Source of the DNA: Candidatus Omnitrophota bacterium
Lineage (GTDB): Bacteria; Omnitrophota; Omnitrophia; Omnitrophales; Aquincolibacteriaceae
Assembly (NCBI GenBank): GCA_043821445.1
Contig: JBDRCT010000037.1
Location: forward strand, 49,703-113,702
Direction: 5' to 3'
DNA: 64,000 nt
Shown here in pieces: positions 39,024 to 48,223 of the stretch (position 1 is the first letter of the stretch; the number at the start of each line of letters is the position of its first letter). The notes beneath the pieces were generated by a model. That model made no database searches. It was given only the letters and a program-made list of their open reading frames with translations, and was not told the origin of the DNA. Position numbers and translations under genes: made by a program.

Positions 39024-40772
39024 TCAATTTTCCGTTAATTGGCGGAAGATCTCCTGGGCCATCACCTCATTTCCATAGTTATTAGCATGAGCCCTATCTC
39101 TCGCGATGAGAAAATTTTCATACCGTTTAAATATACCTTCCAGGCTTAGATAATAGATCTCCGGATATTTTTGGCGGAAATTCACCAAAAAATTTTCTGT
39201 GAGCTTGTGATTCGAACGCGTTAAAAAGTTAAGCTGCGGAATGAAAACCACCTTGATCCCCTTTTCTTTACATAAGGTTATCAAGGCTTCAAAAAGAAAG
39301 TTCGGGTTCTCAATGGACGTCACTCGATCGCCGGAGTGCCATGCACCCAGGAACCTTTTTCTGATGTTTTCCACGGCCATGAATAAATAACTTTTACATA
39401 GAAAGTCGTATAGATACACGATCTCTTTGACCGGCTCCTTGAATTCAAGGGCGGCATATAAGAGCCGGTCGTTCTTGATCCAGCCGGAATTCTTTTCCAT
39501 CACCCTCTTGGCTCTCTGGTATAAAGCATAATCCTCCTCGAACTGTGCTTTATCATACTCCTCATAAAAGGGGCTCAGCGTGCCATAAAATAACATGAGG
39601 TCAGGATTGATTTTTTTCAATACTTCTCTCAAATAGACATTCATTTCTACATTCCTAAAGTTATCGCTCCAGGGAATGATGATGGGGATCACGATGTTTT
39701 TCTTTTGATTCCACGCATTCAATTTCTTTTCCAAAAGGGCCGGGAAATCTTGGTCAAACAAAGGGGGTCCGGCCATAAGAGGGGAAGAGCCTGCGCAGAG
39801 GATCCGCGTGGTGTGTTCGGGACTCGCTATCAGGTATTTGTTCGGCCGGTCACCAAAGTAAGACCTGATCGTAAGCTCCTTCGGATCGTTGAAGGCCCCA
39901 AAGAAATTAGTGGATATTTCGAATCGCCATTTGGGTTTCAGCCGATCGATATCCAGACCCGGGTCATGGGGGTAAGTCACTCTTAGAAATATTTCTATGA
40001 ATACCAGGGGAAAAACAAAAAGCAGGACCTTTCTGAAAAAGCGTCTCTCAGAACATGCCAGGGCAAGAAAGATCAGGACGCCGAGGGAAAGGAACACTTG
40101 CGAGATAAATTTATAAAAATAGAGCAGGGGAAAGTTGACATGGAATAAAACTCTTCCTTTTGGGTCGGAAATTTTTAGCTTATCAAGTATCACTTCTTCT
40201 CCTGCCGGGGGGATAGCCAAACCGAAACTATCATGGAGGGACTCAGGACCTAGCGGGATCTTTTCCGCGAATTTTCCGTTCACGTAAACAAGAACCGTTT
40301 TTTCTATCAGATCGCATTTCAAACGCAATTGGAAACCTTCCGATCGTTTAAACCCTGGTATCACGCACAAAGGTGAGAGCGGATACTTTATCGTTGAGAC
40401 ATATCCTTCCCGGCCCTGTTCATCCTTACAATAAACTCCCGAGGAGCTGCTATATTTGGACAGAATGAAGCTGCATCGATCACAAAATCGTATTTCGGCC
40501 CTACGGCAAGCAGACCGTGTCAGGCTGACTTCGATGTCGTACCGGGTCAAGTTACGAAGCTGACCTTCTTCCATCGCCTTAGGGTCCTCATATCCCCACA
40601 CTTCGTTTAATGCATAGAGTGATCGCCACTTTTTCCCCTGGGCTGCTATCTCTTTTTCACAGAATAGGATCGAAGAAGCTGCGACGATCATAAGGACGAG
40701 CGAAAATACGGCGATGGGTAATCTGCTTTTGCTTAATATTTCCGTGAGGGATGCGACTGAAAATCTTTTCAT
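39024..40772 (-). CDS. Membrane-anchored SGNH-hydrolase-like protein, copy B
   Basis: ILCAGSS and DRAHANNYG; paralog of copy A. Confidence 0.7.
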   Translation of the reverse strand: MKRFSVASLTEILSKSRLPIAVFSLVLMIVAASSILFCEKEIAAQGKKWRSLYALNEVWGYEDPKAMEEGQLRNLTRYDIEVSLTRSACRRAEIRFCDRCSFILSKYSSSSGVYCKDEQGREGYVSTIKYPLSPLCVIPGFKRSEGFQLRLKCDLIEKTVLVYVNGKFAEKIPLGPESLHDSFGLAIPPAGEEVILDKLKISDPKGRVLFHVNFPLLYFYKFISQVFLSLGVLIFLALACSERRFFRKVLLFVFPLVFIEIFLRVTYPHDPGLDIDRLKPKWRFEISTNFFGAFNDPKELTIRSYFGDRPNKYLIASPEHTTRILCAGSSPLMAGPPLFDQDFPALLEKKLNAWNQKKNIVIPIIIPWSDNFRNVEMNVYLREVLKKINPDLMLFYGTLSPFYEEYDKAQFEEDYALYQRAKRVMEKNSGWIKNDRLLYAALEFKEPVKEIVYLYDFLCKSYLFMAVENIRKRFLGAWHSGDRVTSIENPNFLFEALITLCKEKGIKVVFIPQLNFLTRSNHKLTENFLVNFRQKYPEIYYLSLEGIFKRYENFLIARDRAHANNYGNEVMAQEIFRQLTEN

Positions 40773-40889
40773 AACGTTGATCAAGCGGTATCAGGCCCCT
40801 GGGCTAACAGGTTTATTATAAAAAACGTCCGTTCGAGAACGTCAGTGAACTTACCGATCATTTGTGGATATCGAGCGATCCTTTTTCTG

Positions 40890-42635
40890 TCAATTTTCCG
40901 TTAATTGGCGGAAGATCTCCTGGGCTATCACTTCATGCCCATAATTGTTAGTATGAGAGTTATCTATCGCGATGAGAAAATTTTCATACCGTTCAAATAT
41001 ACCTTCCAGGCTTAGATAATAGATCTCCGGATATTTTTGGCGGAAATTCACCAAAAAATTTTCTGTGAGCTTGTGATTCGAACGCGTTAAAAAGTCGAGC
41101 TGCGGGATGAAAACCACCTTGATCCCCTTTTCTTTACATAAGGTTATCAATGCTTCAAAAAGAAAGTCCGGGTTCTCAATGGACGTCGCTCGGTCGCCGG
41201 AGTGCCATGCGCCCAGGAACCTTTTTCTGATGTTTTCCACGGCCATGAATAAATAACTTTTACATAAAAAGTCGTATAGATACACGATCTCTTTGACCGG
41301 CTCCTTGAATTCAAGGGCGGCATACAAGAGCCGGTCGTTCTTGATCCAGCCGGAATTCTTTTCCATCACCCTCTTGGCTCTCTGGTATAAAGCATAATCC
41401 TCCTCGAACTGTGCCTTGCTGCGCTCGTCTCTAAAGGGAACCAGCATGCCATAGAATAATATGAGATCAGGATTCATTTTGTTTAATACTTCTTTCAAAT
41501 ATATGTTCATCCCTAAGCTGTAAAAACTAGCCATCCCGGGAAGGACTAGGGGAATGACCATGTTTTTCTTTTGATTCCAGGCATTCAATTTCCTTTCCAA
41601 AAGGGCCGGGAAAGCTTGGGCCAGGGAAAGGGCTCCGCCTTCCAGGGGGGAAGCTCCTGCGCAGACGATCCGCATAGCGTGGTCGGGGTTCGCTACCCGG
41701 TATGTGCGCAATTCGCCAGAGCCAGACTCGAGCGTGAGCTCCTTCGGATCGTTGAAGGCCCCAAAAAAATTAGTGGATATCTCGAATCGCCATTTGGGTT
41801 TCAGTTGACCGATGTCCAGACCCGGATCATGCGGGTAAGCCACTCTTAAAAATGCTTCCAGGAAAAACAGGGGGAAGACAAAAAAGAGTAACTTTCTGAA
41901 AAAGCGCTTTTCAGAACATGCCAGGGCAAGAAAGATCAGCACTCCGAGGGAAAGAAACCCTTGCGAGATAAGCCTGAAAAAAATGAGCGGGACGAAATTA
42001 ATGCTGGATAAAACCTTCCCCTTTGGGTCGGAAATTTCCAGCCTGTTAAGTATCACTTCTTTTCCCACCGGGTGGATCACTAAACCAAAACTATCATGGA
42101 CGGGCTCAGGACCCAGCGGGATCTTTTCCATGAATTTTCCGTTCATGTAAACAAGGACTGTTTTTTCTACCAAATCGCACTTCAAAAGCAGCTTGACGCC
42201 TCCTAACCGTTCATGCCACGCCATCACGCGCGTCGATGGGTACGGATACTCTGCCGTCGAGACATATGTTTCCCGGCCTTGTTCATCCTTATAATAAACT
42301 CCTGAGAGTTTGCTATCTCCGGACAGAACAAAACTGTATTTATCGCAAAATCGTATGGCGATCCTATGGTAGGCAAACCGTGTCAGGCTGACTTTGATGT
42401 CATACCGGGTCAAGTTACGAAGCTGTCCCTCTTCCATCGCCTTAGGGTCCTCATATCCCCACACCTCTTTCAGCTCATAGAGCGATCGCCACTTTTTTTC
42501 CAAGACTGGGATCTTTTGATCGCAGAATAGGATCGAAGAAGCTGCAATGATCATAAAGAGCAATGAAAATACGGCGATGAGTAGTCTGCTCTTGCTTAAT
42601 ATTTCCGTGAGGGATGCGACTGAAGATCTTTTCAT
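40890..42635 (-). CDS. Membrane-anchored SGNH-hydrolase-like protein, copy C
   Basis: IVCAGAS and DNSHTNNYGH; paralog of copy A. Confidence 0.7.
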   Translation of the reverse strand: MKRSSVASLTEILSKSRLLIAVFSLLFMIIAASSILFCDQKIPVLEKKWRSLYELKEVWGYEDPKAMEEGQLRNLTRYDIKVSLTRFAYHRIAIRFCDKYSFVLSGDSKLSGVYYKDEQGRETYVSTAEYPYPSTRVMAWHERLGGVKLLLKCDLVEKTVLVYMNGKFMEKIPLGPEPVHDSFGLVIHPVGKEVILNRLEISDPKGKVLSSINFVPLIFFRLISQGFLSLGVLIFLALACSEKRFFRKLLFFVFPLFFLEAFLRVAYPHDPGLDIGQLKPKWRFEISTNFFGAFNDPKELTLESGSGELRTYRVANPDHAMRIVCAGASPLEGGALSLAQAFPALLERKLNAWNQKKNMVIPLVLPGMASFYSLGMNIYLKEVLNKMNPDLILFYGMLVPFRDERSKAQFEEDYALYQRAKRVMEKNSGWIKNDRLLYAALEFKEPVKEIVYLYDFLCKSYLFMAVENIRKRFLGAWHSGDRATSIENPDFLFEALITLCKEKGIKVVFIPQLDFLTRSNHKLTENFLVNFRQKYPEIYYLSLEGIFERYENFLIAIDNSHTNNYGHEVIAQEIFRQLTEN

Positions 42636-42752
42636 AATGTTGATCAAGCGGTATCAGGCCCCTGGGCTAACAGGTTTATTATAAAAAACGTCTGTTCAAG
42701 AATGTCGGTGAACTTATCGATTACTTATTGATATCGAGCAATCCTTTTTGTA

Positions 42753-44499
42753 TCAATTTTCCGTTAATTGGCGGAAAATCTCTTCAGCTATGACCTCGTG
42801 CCCATAGCTGCTCAGGTGAAACCGGTCTTTCATGATGGTAAAATGTTCATTCCTTTCAAATATGCTTTCCAGGCTTAAATAATAAGTCTCCGGATGTTTC
42901 CGGCGCAAATTCGCCAACGGATCCCCCGTTTGCCTGTCATTCGAGCGCGTTAAAAAGTCGAGCTGCGGAATGAAAACCACCTTGATCCCCTTTTCTTTAC
43001 ATAAGGTTATCAAGGCTTCAAAAAGAAAGTCCGGGTTCTCAATGGACGTCGCTCGGTCGCCGGAGTACCATGCGCCCAGGAACCTTTTCCTGATGTTTTC
43101 CACGGCCATGAATAAATAACTTTTACATAGAAAGTCGTATAGATACACGATCTCTTTGACCGGCTCCTTGAATTCAAGAGCGGCATAGAGTAACCGGTCG
43201 TTCTTGATCCAGCCGGAGTTCTTTTCCATCACCTTCTTTGCTCTCTGGTACAGGACATAATCCTTCTCGAACTGTGCTTCGTCATACCCCTTACTAGCAG
43301 ACAGTAACTTGCCATAAAATAATATGAGGTCAGGATTCATTTTATTTAATACTTCTTTCAAATAAATATTCATTTCTACATTGTTAAGGCGTTCAAACCA
43401 GGGAACGATTATGGGGATCACTACATTTTTCTTTTCACTTCGTGCATTTAATTTCCTTTCCAAAATGGCCGGAAAAGCTTGATCGGGGAAAGGGGCTCCC
43501 GCAAAAAGAGGGGAAGAGCCTGCGCAGAGAATCCGCATCGCGTGCTCGGGGTTCGCTACCTGGTAGGTGCGTGGAGGGCACCCGTAAGAATGAATCGTGA
43601 GTTCCCTCGGATCGTTGAAGGCCCCAAAGAAATTAGTGGATGTCTCGAATCGCCATTTGGGTTTCAGTTGACCGATGTCCAGACCCGGGTCATGGGGGTA
43701 AGTCACTCTTAGAAATATTTCTATGAATACCAGGGGGAAAGCAAAAAGTAGCACCTTTCTGAAGAGGCGCTTTTCAGAACATCCCAGGGCAAAAAGGATC
43801 AGCACTCCCAGGGAAAGAAACACTTGCGAGATGAGTTTAAAAAAAAAGGAGCGGAAAAAAATTAACGCTGTATAACACTCTCCCCTTTGGGCCGGAAATT
43901 TCCAGTTTGTCAAGCATTGCTTCTCTCCTCCACGGAGGGATGGCCAAGCCAAAGTTATTATTGACGGGCTCGGGACCCAGGAGGATCTTTTCCATGAATT
44001 CCCCGTTCATGTAAACGAGGACCGTTTTTGCCACTAGATCACATTTAAAAAGAAAATGGTAGTTTTTGGGTTGTTGATGCCCTGTCATCGCGCGCATAGG
44101 TGCGCACGGATACTCTACCTTCGAAACATATTCTTCCCGACCCTGCCCATCCTTATAATAAACTCCCGAGGGTTTGTTATTTTCCGTCATAATAAAGCTG
44201 TATTTATCACAAAACAGTATTTCCACCCTGCGTTGGTCACTCCGTGTCAGACTGACTTTGATGTCATACCGGGTTGGGTCACGGGCCGGACCCGCGTCCG
44301 TCGCCTTAGGGTCCTCATATCCCCACACCTCATTTAACTGACAGAGCGATCGCCACTTTTTTTCCAGCTTTCTTATCTCTCCTTCGCAAAATAGGATTGA
44401 AGAAGCTGCGACGATCATAAGGACGAGCGAAAATACGGCGATAGGTGATCTGTTTTTGCGTAATATTTCCGTGAGGGATGCAGCTGAGAATTTTTTCAT
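42753..44499 (-). pseudogene. SGNH-like protein copy D, split by a one-base frameshift in a T9 tract
   Basis: N-terminal half ends FFPLLFF* at 43837; C-terminal half KLISQ... is in another frame; A9 at 43839-43847 on the plus strand. Confidence 0.8.
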
Positions 44500-44582
44500 G
44501 ATGTCAATGAAGCGGCAACAGGCGATGGACCCCATTGATTGATTATAAAAATGCTCGTTCGAGAGAGAAGGATCGGAGGCTT

Positions 44583-45716
44583 TTAGACCGCGGGCAAGGT
44601 GAAAAAGAAAGTCGAGCCAACCCCGGATTTGCCCGCCGTACTGTCTTGAACGTCTACCGCTGAGCCGGACGGATCCGTTGTGCGGTGGGTCGAAGATTCT
44701 ACCCAAATGCGCCCGCCGCAACGCTCCACGATCTTCTGGCACGTCGCCAAACCGATCCCCGACCCCGGATATTTTTGCCGCGTCGCCAATTTTTCAAACA
44801 TGAGAAAAATGCGTTCCCGGAGCGCTTCGGGGACCCCGATCCCGTTGTCTTGGACAGAAAAAAGCCATTCTTTTTCTTTGCGGACGGCCGAAATATGGAC
44901 GCGCGGTTCTTTTTCGCAGTATTTGATCGCGTTGCCGATCAGGTTTTGAAAAAGCAATCCCGCGAGGCCCGGATCGATCGGTAAGGCCGGTAAGGGATCG
45001 CAGATCACTTCCGCTTTTTTTTGGAGTATCAAAAAATGGAAGTCCTTGATCACTTCCTTGACGACCTTTTCCAATTCCAAGGGGGACTGCGGGGCCTTGG
45101 ATTTTTGAACATTGGCGTAATTCAAAAGCGCTTTGATAAAAAGGATCATCCGGTTCACGGTGGTGATAATACGTTCCATGAAATCTTTCGCCGTCTCATC
45201 TCCTGAATCCTGATACTTGTCTTTCAAGAGCTCCGCAAAACCCAAAATAGTCGCCAAAGGGGATTGAAGATCGTGGGCCGCCTTCGATGCGAACAATTCG
45301 AGCTCGAGATTGGAACGGGCTAGTTCGTCCGATTTTATTTTAAGCTGTTCTTCCTTGCTCCGGATGATGCCGGTCATCATGCAGACGACTGTAAATGTTA
45401 GGACACGCACGAGGCCATTCACGAGCAAAAAAGGCGAATCCTTTTGGGCGATAGACCACAGGATCGATGACAGAACCACCATAAGCCAACCCGGCCGGTC
45501 CCCCCAATACCAAGTCACGGCCATGATGGAAGGGATATAAAAAATATAAAAGGCGACTTCGTCGCCGGTCATTACATCCAGATTAAAAATAAGAAGCGTG
45601 GCGCAAAGGATAAGGAGGCCCTCAAGCATTTCCAGGGCCTTGCTTTTTTTAGGCGGTCTCTTTTGAGAAGTGATCTTCATCAAGGAATAGTATAAACTTG
45701 CATCCCGAACTGTCAA
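44583..45716 (-). CDS. Membrane sensor histidine kinase
   Basis: TM N-terminus; AHDLQSPL, NAIKY, DNGIG and GSGIGL; start may be the ATG at 45680. Confidence 0.9.
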   Translation of the reverse strand: MTVRDASLYYSLMKITSQKRPPKKSKALEMLEGLLILCATLLIFNLDVMTGDEVAFYIFYIPSIMAVTWYWGDRPGWLMVVLSSILWSIAQKDSPFLLVNGLVRVLTFTVVCMMTGIIRSKEEQLKIKSDELARSNLELELFASKAAHDLQSPLATILGFAELLKDKYQDSGDETAKDFMERIITTVNRMILFIKALLNYANVQKSKAPQSPLELEKVVKEVIKDFHFLILQKKAEVICDPLPALPIDPGLAGLLFQNLIGNAIKYCEKEPRVHISAVRKEKEWLFSVQDNGIGVPEALRERIFLMFEKLATRQKYPGSGIGLATCQKIVERCGGRIWVESSTHRTTDPSGSAVDVQDSTAGKSGVGSTFFFTLPAV

Positions 45717-45814
45717 CGCGCATCCTGCTTTAAACGGCTATTTTTTATTATTGGGATGCGTCATCACTTGGATTACGGCTTTCCCCCAGCTTTGATCTCT
45801 TGCTATAATCTTCC

Positions 45815-46753
45815 ATGACTTTGATCAGCGTCATCATCCCCACCTACAACCGCAAAACGGTCCTGCCCCGCGCGATCGGCTCCGTCCTCGCGCAATCCGC
45901 CACAAAGCGCTGGACGGATCCGTCCTTTGGCGGAAAAGGCGCAGACCTTGAACTTATCGTTGTCGATGACGGTTCCACAGACAATACGTGCGCAACGGTC
46001 AACGCTCAACGTTCAACGAAAGATAATTCCCGCGAAAACGGCGATCTGAACGGACCAGAAACACGCTGTGCGTTGCACGTCGTGCGTTGCGCGGAAAATA
46101 AAGGCCCCGCCGCCGCCCGGAACCTCGGGATCCGGGAAGCGAAGGGCGAGTGGATCGCGTTCCTGGATTCGGATGATGAATGGAAACCCGGCAAGCTTAG
46201 GGCCCAGCTGGAATTCTTCGGGAAAAATCCGGACCACCTCATTTGCCAGACCGAGGAGATCTGGGTGCGCAACGGCACGCGCGTCAACCCGATGAAGAAG
46301 CACAAAAAATCCGGCGGATGGATCTTTGAAAAATGTCTGCCGCTTTGCATCGTAAGCCCTTCAGCTGTGATGATGCACCGGAGCCTCTTCGATGAGGTCG
46401 GGTTTTTCGACGAATCGCTTCCAGCTTGCGAGGACTATGACCTCTGGCTTCGGATCGCCGCAAAATATCCCATCGGCTTAATCGAAAAACCTTATCTTAT
46501 CAAATACGGCGGCCATGCGGACCAGCGCTCCCGTGAATTCCCGGCCATGGACCTCTTCAGGATCCAATCGCTCGTTAAGATCCTTTCTCAAAATATCCTC
46601 ACCCCCGAACAAACTTGCGCCGCGCGGCGAATGTTGGAAGAAAAATCGAGGATCTTCATCGCAGGGGCGCTCAAACGCGGAAGAGAGGAAGAAGCGGAAG
46701 AAATCCAAAAGCTCGCGCAAAGCGCAACGGTCAACGCTCAACGGCTAAGCTAG
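45815..46753 (+). CDS. Glycosyltransferase family 2, with two in-frame palindromic insertions
   Basis: SVIIPTYNR, VVDDGSTD, AARNLG, AFLDSDD and EDYDLWLR. Confidence 0.93.
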   Translation: MTLISVIIPTYNRKTVLPRAIGSVLAQSATKRWTDPSFGGKGADLELIVVDDGSTDNTCATVNAQRSTKDNSRENGDLNGPETRCALHVVRCAENKGPAAARNLGIREAKGEWIAFLDSDDEWKPGKLRAQLEFFGKNPDHLICQTEEIWVRNGTRVNPMKKHKKSGGWIFEKCLPLCIVSPSAVMMHRSLFDEVGFFDESLPACEDYDLWLRIAAKYPIGLIEKPYLIKYGGHADQRSREFPAMDLFRIQSLVKILSQNILTPEQTCAARRMLEEKSRIFIAGALKRGREEEAEEIQKLAQSATVNAQRLS

Positions 46754-46789
46754 GTTTTTATGTTGTCCGTTGCGCGTTGAACGTTGCGC
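46722..46789. repeat. Heptamer hairpin (CAACGNT / CGTTGNN family) between convergent genes
   Basis: GCGCAACGGTCAACGCTCAACG is identical to 45990-46011; right arm CGTTGCG CGTTGAA CGTTGCG. Confidence 0.85.
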
Positions 46790-47838
46790 TAGAACTTGTT
46801 GAAGATCCATCCCAGCAGCACCACCTGCGGCAAACTGACTGCGAGCATCCAAAGCGCGGTCCTGGGCCCAAGATTTTTCCACACCAGACCGATCTCGGTG
46901 AGGTCCGTCACGACGCCCCCCATCAGGAACGCGAACGCATTGCCGAAAGCACCCGTCTGCTGATAGATCGTGAAAGCCAAGGGCGACGTCCCTTCGGAAC
47001 AGACCTCAAGGACCGTCGCGAGGGCCATGGTGATCAAAAGCCCGAGCAGGGTCGGCCCGAAATAATGGTGGAAAGTATGCCCCGGCACAAAGGTGGTGAC
47101 CAGGCCTCCCAGGACGATGCCGACCAGGATCCACGGCAACACCATTCCGGCAAGACTGATCGCGCCGACGGACACTCCACGGAACGCCTTCCAGAAGTTC
47201 TCATGGCTGAACTCGTGTTCCTTGAAACGGCGCAGGATATCCCGCCAGATCGAAAATCCTTCTTCCACTTCGACGGAGTTGCGATTCCTTTCGATCCATC
47301 CCAAACGGTCCAGTCCCTGCAAGATAGATCCGGTGGTCACCGCGACGAGAAGCGCTCCCCCCACGATCAAAAACGCCTTGGCCCCGAAGAACCCGAAGAG
47401 AAGGATCGTGATGGGAAGGTTCGCCCAGGGGCTCGCGAGAAGGAAGCTCACGACGGCGGGGCCGGAGGCCCCTTTTTTATGGATCTCCATCGAGATTGCG
47501 AGGATCCCGTGACAGCAGGCGCTCATGAGGAACCCTAACCCGACGGAATAAAGGATCGTCCGCTTCCTCGGGACCGAGAGATGTTTCGAAATGTAAGTTT
47601 TTGGAACGTAATGGTCGATCAACCCGCCCACAAAAAAACCGATCACGACGGGCCAAAACATCATCCCGACATATTCGCGAAAAGTCCGGTGGAAACCCGC
47701 CATTGCGGGAAAAAGAAAAGATGCGCCTAAGAGCGCGAGCGTCAGGGCGATGACAAAAAAAAGCCCCGTTTTATACCACGGCCTTTTTTTGCTATCTTTC
47801 TCGCAGCAGGTCTCTGTGCTCACTATACTGTTCTCCAT
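46789..47838 (-). CDS. Permease, DUF318/ArsP-like
   Basis: SACCHG, FLLASP and EVCSEG in two repeated TM halves; lies in the metal-efflux locus. Confidence 0.8.
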   Translation of the reverse strand: MENSIVSTETCCEKDSKKRPWYKTGLFFVIALTLALLGASFLFPAMAGFHRTFREYVGMMFWPVVIGFFVGGLIDHYVPKTYISKHLSVPRKRTILYSVGLGFLMSACCHGILAISMEIHKKGASGPAVVSFLLASPWANLPITILLFGFFGAKAFLIVGGALLVAVTTGSILQGLDRLGWIERNRNSVEVEEGFSIWRDILRRFKEHEFSHENFWKAFRGVSVGAISLAGMVLPWILVGIVLGGLVTTFVPGHTFHHYFGPTLLGLLITMALATVLEVCSEGTSPLAFTIYQQTGAFGNAFAFLMGGVVTDLTEIGLVWKNLGPRTALWMLAVSLPQVVLLGWIFNKF

Positions 47839-47901
47839 TTGATTTTAAGGGTTAACAGTATTGCCCAAGTCTTTATTTCTTTTTATGAATGGAGACTTGG
47901 A

Positions 47902-48204
47902 CTAGAGACTCCCCTGCTCCATATCGCGTTCCATTTCCGCCGATGCCGCGGCATCCGCCTTGGCGGCATATTGAGCCGGATCGCTTAGAAAAGTCTTTTC
48001 GCACATGGGGCAACAAAGACCGTAGCGCTTGCCTTCATAAACCACGAAATTTTGCCCGCTCACCGGTCCGCCCATCACCGGGCACATCTTATTGCCCACA
48101 TCCACGATCCCTGTTTGTGCCGTATCTTCCGTCGCAAAAACCTGCGGCAGCGCGAACGGCATCAGAAACAGCACGAGCATCGCAACGACCAATAGTTTTT
48201 TCAT
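47902..48204 (-). CDS. Secreted YHS-domain metal-binding protein
   Basis: Signal peptide; NKMCPVMG..YEGKRYGLCCPMC..F..DP. Confidence 0.85.
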   Translation of the reverse strand: MKKLLVVAMLVLFLMPFALPQVFATEDTAQTGIVDVGNKMCPVMGGPVSGQNFVVYEGKRYGLCCPMCEKTFLSDPAQYAAKADAAASAEMERDMEQGSL

Positions 48205-48223
48205 GTTGATCCTCCTTAAGTGA

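Larger units (their letters stand above)
37137..44565. repeat. Tandem array of four ~1.86 kb units (gene plus intergenic spacer)
   Basis: Stops at 37161, 39024, 40890 and 42753 (spacing 1863, 1866, 1863); spacers nearly identical. Confidence 0.95.

Noticed and set aside
20369-44499. Diversity-generating retroelement (Avd-like genes plus variable paralogs)
   Set aside because: No reverse transcriptase and no short TR/VR pair. Differences among the paralogs include indels and all base types, and are not visibly adenine-specific.
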